64,000 bases of DNA from Candidatus Omnitrophota bacterium (GTDB taxonomy: Bacteria > Omnitrophota > Gorgyraeia > Zapsychrales > JAHFFX01). The stretch is taken from positions 33,358 through 97,357 of the forward strand of contig JAHFFY010000001.1 of the NCBI GenBank assembly GCA_023247705.1, written 5' to 3'. The notes under the pieces are model-generated. The model was not told the DNA's origin. It searched no databases and saw nothing but the letters and a program-made list of their open reading frames with translations. The stretch's first letter is position 1. Each line of letters opens with the position of its first letter. The position numbers and the translations under genes were made by a program. Below are positions 47,420 through 55,934 of the stretch, piece by piece.

Positions 47420-48564
47420 AAACCATATTCTGGATTTTATTCATATTAATCGTGTACTGTTATTTTGGATATCCGATCCTGCTTAGCGTTTTCGCCAGCT
47501 GCCGTACGCGAAAAGTTATAAAACAAGAAATTTTTCCAACCATTTCCGTTGTGATCTCGGTTGCGAATGAGGAATCGGTCATTGAGAAGAAGATGAGTAA
47601 CCTTTTATCCATGGATTATCCTTCCGACAAACTGGAAATTTTAATCGGATCGGATGGTTCAACGGATAAAACGAATGATATCGTCCGAAATTTTAACGAC
47701 AAACGCATTCAGCTAATTGTTAGTTCACAGCGAAAAGGGAAGATGGCGACCGTTAATCAACTGGTTCAACTGGCCCAAAACGAAATGATCGTTTTTACGG
47801 ATGCCCGTCAGATGTTTGACCGAGTTGCTTTTAAGGAATTGGTTTTTAACTTTGCCGATCCACACGTAGGATGTGTCAGCGGAGAGTTGATTTTTACGAA
47901 AAAGGAAGGCTCGACCGCTCAGGGAATTAATCTATACTGGGAATATGAAAAATTTATGCGTCAAAAAGAAAGCCAACTTCATTCCATGATCGGGGCAACA
48001 GGAGCGATCTATGCGATCCGTCGAAAATTGTTTGTTCCTGCGCCGACCAATATGATTTTGGATGATGTTTTTACGCCGCTTAAAATTGTTCAACAAGGGT
48101 ACCGTGCGATCTTTGAGGGACAGGCGATCGCTTACGATGAAGCGGCAAACAACCCAAAAGAAGAATATGCGCGGAAAGCCAGAACCTTAGCCGGCAATTA
48201 TCAGATATTTTTTGTTTTGCCGGACATCTTTAACCCCTTGAAAAGTCCTTTGGCGATTCAGATGTTCTCGCATAAACTGCTAAGGGTTTTGATCCCATTT
48301 TTTTTGATTTTTTTGCTCATTATCAATTTTAAATTAAGAAACAATCAATTTTTTATTTTTATTTTATGGGGCCAGATCCTTTTCTACGGGATGGCGATAT
48401 TGGGAAGCTTGGCAAAAAAACCAAAATATGCTATTCTTAAGCCTATTTCTAAAATGTGTTATATTCCCTATGTCTTTTGTCTCCTTAATTTCTCTGCTTT
48501 AGCTGGATTTTGGCGCTTTGTTCGGTCTTCGCAGACGGTCACTTGGGAGAAGGCAAGGACTTAG
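47416..48564 (+). CDS. Family 2 glycosyltransferase with N- and C-terminal TM segments (processive-type topology)
   Basis: ISVVISVANEE, DGSTD, TDAR motifs; C-terminal multiple TM helices. Confidence 0.75.
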   Translation: MKTIFWILFILIVYCYFGYPILLSVFASCRTRKVIKQEIFPTISVVISVANEESVIEKKMSNLLSMDYPSDKLEILIGSDGSTDKTNDIVRNFNDKRIQLIVSSQRKGKMATVNQLVQLAQNEMIVFTDARQMFDRVAFKELVFNFADPHVGCVSGELIFTKKEGSTAQGINLYWEYEKFMRQKESQLHSMIGATGAIYAIRRKLFVPAPTNMILDDVFTPLKIVQQGYRAIFEGQAIAYDEAANNPKEEYARKARTLAGNYQIFFVLPDIFNPLKSPLAIQMFSHKLLRVLIPFFLIFLLIINFKLRNNQFFIFILWGQILFYGMAILGSLAKKPKYAILKPISKMCYIPYVFCLLNFSALAGFWRFVRSSQTVTWEKART

Positions 48565-48586
48565 CGAAACGATTCAAAATAACGAT

Positions 48587-49405
48587 ATGCGTGAGTTAAT
48601 TACAAAATATAAAAACCAATTTTTAATTGCTTTAATCTTATTATTTACCTATACGCCCACATTAATTTGGATGTGGGATCGATGGTTTACTCGGGATTCT
48701 TATTATTCGCATGGGATTCTTATTCCATTCATTACAGCTTATTTAATCTGGCAGAATAGATCACAGTTAATGCAGATGAAACCAGAAAAATCCGAGATAG
48801 GGATGAAATTGATCATTCTCGGACTGTTTGTTCATTTAATTAGTTCTCTTTTCCGGGTTTATTTTTCCTCTGGTTTTTCTCTGGTGATTGTTATTATCGG
48901 ACTCATTCTTTATTTTTATGGAGAAAAAATTTTAAAAGATATCTCGTTCCCGATCGTTTTTTTATTTTTTATGGTTCCCTTACCGCTGGTTGTTATTATC
49001 AATATTAGTTTTAAGATGAAATTATTCGCGGCTCAAATTGCGGCTGTTGTGTTAAATAGCATGAATATTCTGGCGGTCAGGGAGGGGAGCCTGATTCGCA
49101 TGGCTAATGCCCAAGTTGTCGTCGATGATGTCTGCAGCGGGTTGCGATCTTTGATGTCGTTGACGGCCTTAGGAAGCATTTTTGCGTATTGGATGAAAGG
49201 GCCGATGTGGAAGCGGCTTTTACTGTTTTTGTCTACAGTCCCCATCGCGGTGATCACAAATGTGTGCCGAATTATATTGCTTGCTTCGGTCAGCGAGATT
49301 TGGGGGTCGAAATACGCGACGGGGTTTATTCATGATCTTTCTGGCTTTATTGTTTTTGCGTTAGCTTTTATTTTATTGTATTCAGTTTCTAGGTTAATGG
49401 AATAA
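48587..49405 (+). CDS. Exosortase (EpsH/XrtA family)
   Basis: Eight-TM architecture. Conserved exosortase motifs: DDVCSGLRSL (catalytic Cys region), NVCRIILL (Asn/Arg) and the HD-like C-terminal motif. The track ORF starts at 48518, overlapping the upstream gene. Confidence 0.85.
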   Translation: MRELITKYKNQFLIALILLFTYTPTLIWMWDRWFTRDSYYSHGILIPFITAYLIWQNRSQLMQMKPEKSEIGMKLIILGLFVHLISSLFRVYFSSGFSLVIVIIGLILYFYGEKILKDISFPIVFLFFMVPLPLVVIINISFKMKLFAAQIAAVVLNSMNILAVREGSLIRMANAQVVVDDVCSGLRSLMSLTALGSIFAYWMKGPMWKRLLLFLSTVPIAVITNVCRIILLASVSEIWGSKYATGFIHDLSGFIVFALAFILLYSVSRLME

Positions 49406-49407
49406 AT

Positions 49408-50043
49408 ATGATACGTGATAAAAATTTTGGCATCATTGTTTGTCTTCTATTAATTTCCGGAATAATTTCCTGGGTTTTATATTTCAAGGAATATACTCAA
49501 GTGGATACAGTGGATATTACCAAATTTCCGAAATCGATATCGGGCTGGACAGCTGAAGATCTTCCAATCAGCAAGGAAGAGTATGATATTTTAGAGACTC
49601 ACAATGTCGTAGCAAGGCGTTATAAAAATATTCAGAATGAACCGATATATCTCTTAATTGTTTATTCTCAGCATAATCGCAAAATTTCTCATCCTCCAGA
49701 AGTTTGCTATACAGGGGGAGGCGTTACTATTTTAGAAAATGTTAAAGATAAGATCCCTGTTTCTGCAGGAAAGAATATAATCAGTGCGAACCGATTACTT
49801 TTAGAGCTAAGGGGGACCAAGCAGTTTTCGTATTATTGGTTTAAAGTAGGCGATTCGTTTACCGCGAACTATTGGAATCAACAAGCCCTCATTGCCGTAA
49901 AAACATTGTTTGGGCAGCCTCATAGTAGCGCATTAATTCGAATTTCATCCGACATCAGCAAGAATGATGAAAAAGGGGCTATTGATCGAATTAAGTACTT
50001 TACAAATTTGATCCTAAATGATTTAAATCGATATCTGCCGTAA
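49408..50043 (+). CDS. EpsI-family exosortase-associated protein
   Basis: N-terminal TM; size, position (immediately 3' of exosortase) and ISGWTAEDLPISKEEYDIL...VVARRY region match the EpsI family. Confidence 0.7.
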   Translation: MIRDKNFGIIVCLLLISGIISWVLYFKEYTQVDTVDITKFPKSISGWTAEDLPISKEEYDILETHNVVARRYKNIQNEPIYLLIVYSQHNRKISHPPEVCYTGGGVTILENVKDKIPVSAGKNIISANRLLLELRGTKQFSYYWFKVGDSFTANYWNQQALIAVKTLFGQPHSSALIRISSDISKNDEKGAIDRIKYFTNLILNDLNRYLP

Positions 50044-50080
50044 AAAATATCAAATCGTTGGGACCTCAAATCATGAATAA

Positions 50081-50099
50081 TTCTGTTTGTTAAACAGAA
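50081..50099. promoter_or_regulatory. Inverted repeat TTCTGTTT-gtt-AAACAGAA (candidate enhancer site)
   Basis: Perfect 8-bp arms with a 3-bp spacer, about 200 bp upstream of the sigma-54 promoter at 50298. Confidence 0.3.
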
Positions 50100-50297
50100 A
50101 ATTTTTTTTCGATCCGAAAAAGGGATGAAAATTAAAAACAACATGCGTTTAATAAATTCAACATCTTTTGATTCTAATTTTATAATTTCCCAATAAATTG
50201 TTGGAAATTGTTAAGTTTTTATAGTTTCTCTTATTGTAAGGTTATATTTAGCAATAATTTATAATAGAGGTGTTTCTTAAATGATTTTTAAAAAACT

Positions 50298-50313
50298 TGG
50301 CACATTATTTGCT
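50298..50313 (+). promoter_or_regulatory. Sigma-54 (-24/-12) promoter, TGGCAC-N5-TTGCT
   Basis: Exact consensus at 50298-50303 / 50309-50313; about 45 nt upstream of the ATG at 50358; the same 16-mer architecture as the promoter at 15324. Confidence 0.7.
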
Positions 50314-50357
50314 ATAAAGATTGTGTACCAAAGTTTAACAAAGCTAAATTTACATCT

Positions 50358-51224
50358 ATGGAAACTCAGAAAAAAATCAATCACAACTCTAAAGGAAAAA
50401 TGACAGTTGTTTTAGCGGTCATTTTCCTCATGCTATTTGTTCAAGCAGCTTGGGCGACCCTTTCCTTTCTCAAACCGTATGACAGTGACATCCAATCAAC
50501 GAATATAAAGGAAGGCAATGCATCAGAAATTCCTGAGCAATTACCCGAAAATTCGAAATCGCATGCTCCTGAGCCGACAACTCTAGCGTTATTTGGGAGT
50601 GGTGTTCTTGGGATGGTTGTGAGTGCCATTCGAAAGGCTTATAACCATGCAAAAAGAATTTTTGATATATTTGTATCAATTGTCGCTTTTATCATCCTTT
50701 CTCCATTGTTTTTATTTGCTGCCGTTCTCATCAAGTTGAGCTCCCGCGGACCGGTTTTGTTCACCCAAGAGCGAGTAGGAAAAGATGGAAAACATTTCAA
50801 AATTTATAAATTCCGTACCATGCGCGTGGATGCTGAGAAAGAAACAGGGCCGGTTTGGGCAAAGGCAAATGACACTAGACTTATCCCTTCCGGACGTTTT
50901 TTAAGAAAGACTCATATTGATGAAATCCCTCAGTTTTTTAATGTCCTTATAGGTGACATGAGTATTATTGGGCCAAGACCTGAACGGCCAGTTTTCGTAA
51001 CTAAATTTAAAGAAATTATTCCTGATTATGAACAAAGACTATCAGTCAAACCGGGCATTACTGGTTTAGCGCAAGTTTGGCATAAATATGATGAGACGAT
51101 CGAAGATGTCCGTAAAAAAATCCGTTATGATTTGTTATATATTAAAAAGTTATGTCTTTGGACTGATTTAAAGATATTTTTAAGGACTTTTCGGGTTGTT
51201 CTAACTGGAGAGGGAGCTCGATAG
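50358..51224 (+). CDS. Polyprenyl-phosphate sugar phosphotransferase (small WcaJ/EpsL-type priming enzyme) with an N-terminal signal-peptide + PEP-CTERM-like module
   Basis: The catalytic domain starts at KRIFDIFVSIV..., the usual N-terminus of small priming sugar transferases, and contains RTMRVDAE and IIGPRPERP motifs. The preceding 85 aa carry a signal peptide (VVLAVIFLMLFVQAAWA) and a PEP-CTERM-like motif (APEPTTLALFGSGVLGMVVSAIRKAYNHAKR). Confidence 0.75.
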   Translation: METQKKINHNSKGKMTVVLAVIFLMLFVQAAWATLSFLKPYDSDIQSTNIKEGNASEIPEQLPENSKSHAPEPTTLALFGSGVLGMVVSAIRKAYNHAKRIFDIFVSIVAFIILSPLFLFAAVLIKLSSRGPVLFTQERVGKDGKHFKIYKFRTMRVDAEKETGPVWAKANDTRLIPSGRFLRKTHIDEIPQFFNVLIGDMSIIGPRPERPVFVTKFKEIIPDYEQRLSVKPGITGLAQVWHKYDETIEDVRKKIRYDLLYIKKLCLWTDLKIFLRTFRVVLTGEGAR

Positions 51225-51292
51225 TTAAGTAATAAATTTTTGAGTAAAAAAAGTATTGTTTAATTTGATCAGTACAGTTACAATCTAATATC

Positions 51293-51321
51293 TTGACATC
51301 TAGGTGGTGTCTTTATATAGA
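51293..51321 (+). promoter_or_regulatory. Sigma-70 promoter (TTGACA-N17-TATAGA, or N15-TATATA) upstream of the major PEP-CTERM protein gene
   Basis: TTGACA at 51293-51298; -10 at 51316-51321; strong GGGGGAG RBS before the ATG at 51378. Confidence 0.5.
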
Positions 51322-51377
51322 GAATAGTTTCAAACCGTAATAAAAAGATAAATGTAACAAATAAAGGGGGAGTTTAA

Positions 51378-52289
51378 ATGAAGAAGTTATTTGTAGTTTT
51401 AGCCCTAGTTGTTGGAGTGTTCTCAATTAACTCCCAAGTTTGGGCACAACCGTTTACACCATCGATGGCGGGAGATACTTATGATACTACGCCAGATGCG
51501 ATCCCGACTCCTAAGGATAATAATGATAACTTAGGACCTTATTCGGGTACGCCTTATACGTTAAGTTCAACAGAACCTGGTTCACATGGACCTAACCCGG
51601 CGGACATCAACGATGCCATCAATTTGCTTTTGAGCACTGCTTACGTAAGAAATCAAGATGTTGATTTCCTTCGTTTTCTTGGCCCAGATGCAACCTGGAA
51701 AGACTTGAGCACAATAGATAACGATGGAACATATGTGCTCGTTTCTCTTACCGCAGCTAACGAAAATACCTTAAGAGTGTATGATGTGGCTTCACCTGGG
51801 ATTAAATTGAATGTTCTTGGCCCAGATCGGGGTTTTGGATATACTGGGGATGGAAGCCTGGCTAAACCTTTTGAGGCTGGTTTTTCTCCATTAACTCCAG
51901 GAACGAACTTTGGTTGGTCACTAAAAAGTGAAAGAAAGGCACCCCAGACTCCTCCATTTTTTGTAAGAGAATGGGATTCCAATGTCGCTTTTAACGTTGA
52001 TGGTTTGGATCATATGTTGACATACCATTTAGCCGATTTAAAAGGTAAGAAAGTTTACATCAAAGTTGGCACGGTTGTTCAGCAGTATACGTTTAACGAT
52101 CCATATCTTTTAGCCTGGGAAGACAAAGGATTAGGCACAGATGGTAAACTAGGCGATGAAGATTATGATGATCTTATTTATCTAGTTGATCGCGTTCAAC
52201 CTTTCAACCCGGTTCCAGAACCGATGAGCATGATGTTGCTCGGTAGTGGGTTGGTTGGTTTAGTTGGTTTAAGAAAGAAGATTAGTTAA
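51378..52289 (+). CDS. PEP-CTERM domain secreted protein (exosortase substrate)
   Basis: Sec signal peptide (AQP cleavage); C-terminal VPEPMSMMLLGSGLVGLVGLRKKIS (PEP motif + TM helix + basic tail). Confidence 0.85.
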   Translation: MKKLFVVLALVVGVFSINSQVWAQPFTPSMAGDTYDTTPDAIPTPKDNNDNLGPYSGTPYTLSSTEPGSHGPNPADINDAINLLLSTAYVRNQDVDFLRFLGPDATWKDLSTIDNDGTYVLVSLTAANENTLRVYDVASPGIKLNVLGPDRGFGYTGDGSLAKPFEAGFSPLTPGTNFGWSLKSERKAPQTPPFFVREWDSNVAFNVDGLDHMLTYHLADLKGKKVYIKVGTVVQQYTFNDPYLLAWEDKGLGTDGKLGDEDYDDLIYLVDRVQPFNPVPEPMSMMLLGSGLVGLVGLRKKIS

Positions 52290-52292
52290 TAA

Positions 52293-52321
52293 TCTTTTAC
52301 GGAATTATCAGAAGTAAAAGA
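52293..52321 (+). other. AU-rich hairpin between the two PEP-CTERM genes (possible attenuator or processing site)
   Basis: TCTTTTAC (52293-52300) / GTAAAAGA (52314-52321), 13-nt loop; no T-tract. Confidence 0.2.
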
Positions 52322-52381
52322 AAATATATTCCCTAGAGCATTTGATAACCTGTAGCAAAAAGGAGAGGAGGTTCATATGAG

Positions 52382-52660
52382 ATGTCAAAAGACACGAAAA
52401 AACTTTTATCTTTTGCCCTTATCTCGTTATTTCTCCCGTTCTTTGTCGGGTGTCAAGGTGCTGCCAATCAACTAAGTGAATTCACCTTGGGTGGGGGTGG
52501 TACAAACAATGCTGTTAGTTCTGGTTTTTTCCCCCTTAGTGTTGTAGATGGAGGTACTGCGATAGCAGCCATCCACAATCCAGAACCTACAACAGTGTTA
52601 TTGTTAGGGAGTGGCTTCATAACAATGGGTTTATATAGGAATCGAAGAAAGAATAGATAA
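52382..52660 (+). CDS. Mini lipoprotein with C-terminal PEP-CTERM domain (dual-anchor exosortase substrate)
   Basis: Lipobox FFVGC after a signal peptide; C-terminal HNPEPTTVLLLGSGFITMGLYRNRRKNR; AGGAGAGGAGG RBS. Confidence 0.75.
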   Translation: MSKDTKKLLSFALISLFLPFFVGCQGAANQLSEFTLGGGGTNNAVSSGFFPLSVVDGGTAIAAIHNPEPTTVLLLGSGFITMGLYRNRRKNR

Positions 52661-52686
52661 TCGATCCCTTATATATGAAATAAGAT

Positions 52687-52731
52687 AAAAAAATACGGTA
52701 GGATGAGTGATCTTCCTACCGTATTTTTTTT
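52687..52731 (+). terminator. Rho-independent (bidirectional-type) terminator after the PEP-CTERM genes
   Basis: A-tract at 52687-52692; 11-bp stem ATACGGTAGGA (52693-52703) / TCCTACCGTAT (52714-52724); 10-nt loop; T8 at 52725-52732. Confidence 0.8.
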
Positions 52732-52770
52732 ATTCGTGACCGTACTTAAGGCAAAAATTTGGCTTTATGT

Positions 52771-52798
52771 TTGACACGAATCGTATCTATGTTAAAAT
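52771..52798 (+). promoter_or_regulatory. Sigma-70 promoter (TTGACA-N16-TAAAAT) for the regulatory operon
   Basis: TTGACA at 52771-52776; TAAAAT at 52793-52798. Confidence 0.45.
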
Positions 52799-52836
52799 AA
52801 CTCACTTGTTTAGAGATAATAATAATTGAATTTATA

Positions 52837-53706
52837 ATGAATAAGCATAAAAACAATAAAAGTTTGATTTCTTTGCTGCGGTCATCAATTGAGATTCTAT
52901 TTCATAAACCATTGATTTTCTATCCCTATGTGATTTCAATTTTTATTCAACTTTTTGTGCTTGAAATTTTATACTTTGCACCGCGGTATCCTTTATCGCT
53001 ATTTTTTGCTCCCCTGATCAGACAATTTTGGGGGGAAATGTTTTTACATTTTCCGTTTAATCTCCTTTTATTGCCTGTTTTATTCCAATACGTAAAAACC
53101 CCGATTTATATTATCTCGAGCAGTTATCTCATTGGGATAGCAATCATTATCATCGCTGCCATTAACGAAGATCAAACGATTAGCTTTAAATCGGCCGCCA
53201 AAAAGGTATTGCCTCGCTATATCCATTTGATCTTCATCACTAGCATTTCTTATTCACTTTTTTATGGATTTTCGCAACTTTATGGATTGGTGATCAAAAG
53301 GGCCTTTATTATTCACTCTGAGACAGGAATATTTTATTTAATTAAGCGGATTGTGCTTGATGGGACTCCCTTTTTCTCCCTTTTAATAAGCGTTTTTGTT
53401 TCGACCCTCTTAGTTTTTATGATGCCGCTCCTCCTGCTCGAAAAAAAGAATTTATTCGCAGCGTTTTGGACTAATTTGAAGAAAGTTATTAAATCCTTCT
53501 GGTTTGTCTTGGGGATTGTTTTATTGCCGACCTTGTTATATCTGCCAGTCTTGTTATTGAGTAGTAATCTATCGAGTTTTGGAAATGGGGTTGCTCCTGA
53601 AATCCGAATGTCCCTCACAATAGCCAATATCCTTATTATAGTGATCATTGATGCCATCGTTTATACAGCGATAACATTATATTATTTATTTGATCAAGAA
53701 AATTAA
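52837..53706 (+). CDS. Polytopic membrane protein, hypothetical (possibly the detached sensor module of a PrsK-like kinase)
   Basis: About 7 predicted TM helices; no catalytic motifs; first gene of the operon containing the TPR protein, histidine kinase and sigma-54 regulator. Confidence 0.4.
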   Translation: MNKHKNNKSLISLLRSSIEILFHKPLIFYPYVISIFIQLFVLEILYFAPRYPLSLFFAPLIRQFWGEMFLHFPFNLLLLPVLFQYVKTPIYIISSSYLIGIAIIIIAAINEDQTISFKSAAKKVLPRYIHLIFITSISYSLFYGFSQLYGLVIKRAFIIHSETGIFYLIKRIVLDGTPFFSLLISVFVSTLLVFMMPLLLLEKKNLFAAFWTNLKKVIKSFWFVLGIVLLPTLLYLPVLLLSSNLSSFGNGVAPEIRMSLTIANILIIVIIDAIVYTAITLYYLFDQEN

Positions 53707-54614
53707 TGATTAAACGATCAATATTAATCTTTACCAGCATTCTCACCGTAGTCTATGGAATTCTTACTTTCCTTGACAGGGGGGGAGAGTATCAAGTCGA
53801 GCAGATGATTTGGAAGGCGAATGAAAAATTTCATGAGATCGCCAGAGATCCTGCCGCAGTTCCCGATCAATCTTTTGACCAACTTAGTCGACAGTATCAA
53901 AAAATTATTGAAAAATTCCCTAAATCGCCGTTAGCCAAAAAAGCGTATTTGGCGATTGGAAGGTTATATTTGGTGCAAAAAGATTTTCCGAAAACACGAC
54001 TAGTCATGGAGAAAGTCCTGCAAAGATATCCGGATGATCAGGATTTCTCAGCGGAATGTCTTACGGTCATAGGAAAATCATATGAGTTGGCAGGAGATCC
54101 GGTCAACGCGGTTAAGGTTTACACAGGCATAATGACCCAATATCCTGTAACGGATATCGGACTAAGTACGCCGTTATATATCGCAAATTATTACAAGAGC
54201 ATAAATCAAAACAATAAATTTATGTCAGCCTATAATAGTGCGATTTCACATTATAAAACTCTATCAGCGAAATATCCTAATTCCTCAACAGATCTGAAAA
54301 GTCTTCGTTTATTGGCGAATTGTTATATTGAAATGAAAATGTGGAATGAGGCCGTAGAGACTTTCGGACAGATATTAATATCATACCCTTCTAAGGCTGA
54401 TCTCACCCCGCAACGGGCAAATTTGATCCTCAAATCGATTAATACTATTTCAACCATCCAGCTTAAGAATTATGATATTCCGATACGCATATACCAAAAC
54501 TTCATTGATCAACATCCCCAACATGGTTTAAACAAGGTTCTCCATGAGATGATAAAATCCTTTAATCTCTTGCGAATTAAAGGCGTGGAGGTCGACACTA
54601 AGAATGCGGGATAA
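53706..54614 (+). CDS. TPR-repeat protein (PrsT-like)
   Basis: N-terminal TM/signal segment followed by several TPR-like 34-residue repeats (AYLAIGRLYLVQKDF..., AECLTVIGKSYELAGD...). Confidence 0.6.
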   Translation: MIKRSILIFTSILTVVYGILTFLDRGGEYQVEQMIWKANEKFHEIARDPAAVPDQSFDQLSRQYQKIIEKFPKSPLAKKAYLAIGRLYLVQKDFPKTRLVMEKVLQRYPDDQDFSAECLTVIGKSYELAGDPVNAVKVYTGIMTQYPVTDIGLSTPLYIANYYKSINQNNKFMSAYNSAISHYKTLSAKYPNSSTDLKSLRLLANCYIEMKMWNEAVETFGQILISYPSKADLTPQRANLILKSINTISTIQLKNYDIPIRIYQNFIDQHPQHGLNKVLHEMIKSFNLLRIKGVEVDTKNAG

Positions 54615-54623
54615 ATCCTACGC

Positions 54624-55934
54624 TTGATTATCATGACTAGAACACTAGAAGATTTTTCTCACAGCATTCTTTTTCAAAAAATTAGCGATATTTGTGCCAG
54701 CGTTAATATCGTTAAGAATGCGCGCGAACTTTTAGAATTGTCCTTGAAGCAAACGATGGATCTTTTTGGCGCAAAAAGAGGCTCGATTTTTATTTTTAAT
54801 GAGAATAAGAAAGAATTGATCCTGAAGATCGCGCATGGTATGGAAATAAATGAACAAAAGCAAATGGTCAAACGTTTGGGAGAAGGAGTGGTCGGTAAGG
54901 TTGCTCAAATCAAAAAGCCTATTGTTGTCTATGATATCGCGGATGACAGCCGATTTAACAATTTTAAACCTAGGCGAAGCTATCATACACCATCGTTCAT
55001 TTGTGGTCCGCTGTTAATTAAAGATAAACTCATAGGGGTCATTAACATTGCGGATAAAAATTCTGGACATCGTTTTAATAATGAAGAGCTTCAGCTCCTT
55101 GATTTTTTGTCAAGTCAGATTGCCCTGAACTATCGGCGCATACAACTGTATCAGAAATTTAAGAATTTAGTCAAAGAGTCCAAATACCTTAAAACTAAAT
55201 TAGGCAAAAGCAGCGCTGAAGCAGATGATCTAAAGAAGAAAATTGTAGTGCAAGAAAAATTTGCCTCAATCGGGAAACTTGCTGGAGGCATTGCGCATGA
55301 ATTTAATAACCCTTTAGATGGCGTTATCCGCTACACAAATCTTTCGTTAGAGCATATTAAAGACGATGATGTCGTTCGTGGATATTTATTAGAAATTAAG
55401 TATGGCCTTAATCGTATGGCAAATATCGTGAGAAGTCTTCTTGCCTGTTCACGAAATTCACGTCTTGCTATAGAGGAAATCGAAATTAATCGTTCGATTG
55501 AACAAGTGATTCTTAATCTTAAATCAGAAATTGCATATAAGAAGTTAATCATCGAGAAAGATTTTGATCATACGATCCCACCGATTATGGATTTAGGGAT
55601 GGAGTTAATCGTTTCCAACTTGTTTCGTAATGCCATTGACGCAGTTGATAAGGGGGGGAAAGTCACGGTTGTTACGCGAAATTTACACAATTATGTTTCG
55701 CTTAAAATCATTGATTCAGGATGCGGATTTTCAAGAGAATTAGCTCAAAAAATATTAGAGCCATTTTATACAACCAAAGACATTGATAAAGGATGTGGCT
55801 TAGGGTTAACGATTGTTAACGAAATCGTCAAGAGTTATGACGGAAAGATGACGATTGAAAGCGTCCCGAAAAAAGGTTCAACATTCACGATTTTTATTCC
55901 ATTAAAGATAAAAGATGAAAAAAGAATTATATAG
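54624..55934 (+). CDS. Sensor histidine kinase with N-terminal GAF domain (cytoplasmic; PrsK-like partner of the sigma-54 regulator)
   Basis: GAF domain (res ~30-180); H-box HEFNNPL; N/G1/G2 boxes (NAIDAV...; IDSGCGF; GCGLGL). Confidence 0.8.
   Translation: MIIMTRTLEDFSHSILFQKISDICASVNIVKNARELLELSLKQTMDLFGAKRGSIFIFNENKKELILKIAHGMEINEQKQMVKRLGEGVVGKVAQIKKPIVVYDIADDSRFNNFKPRRSYHTPSFICGPLLIKDKLIGVINIADKNSGHRFNNEELQLLDFLSSQIALNYRRIQLYQKFKNLVKESKYLKTKLGKSSAEADDLKKKIVVQEKFASIGKLAGGIAHEFNNPLDGVIRYTNLSLEHIKDDDVVRGYLLEIKYGLNRMANIVRSLLACSRNSRLAIEEIEINRSIEQVILNLKSEIAYKKLIIEKDFDHTIPPIMDLGMELIVSNLFRNAIDAVDKGGKVTVVTRNLHNYVSLKIIDSGCGFSRELAQKILEPFYTTKDIDKGCGLGLTIVNEIVKSYDGKMTIESVPKKGSTFTIFIPLKIKDEKRII

Noticed and set aside
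52760-52776. TGGCTTTATGTTTGA as a possible sigma-54 promoter before the regulatory operon
   Set aside because: The -12 element is GA instead of the invariant GC. The same bases form a good sigma-70 -35 (TTGACA) with a TAAAAT -10 at 16-bp spacing.
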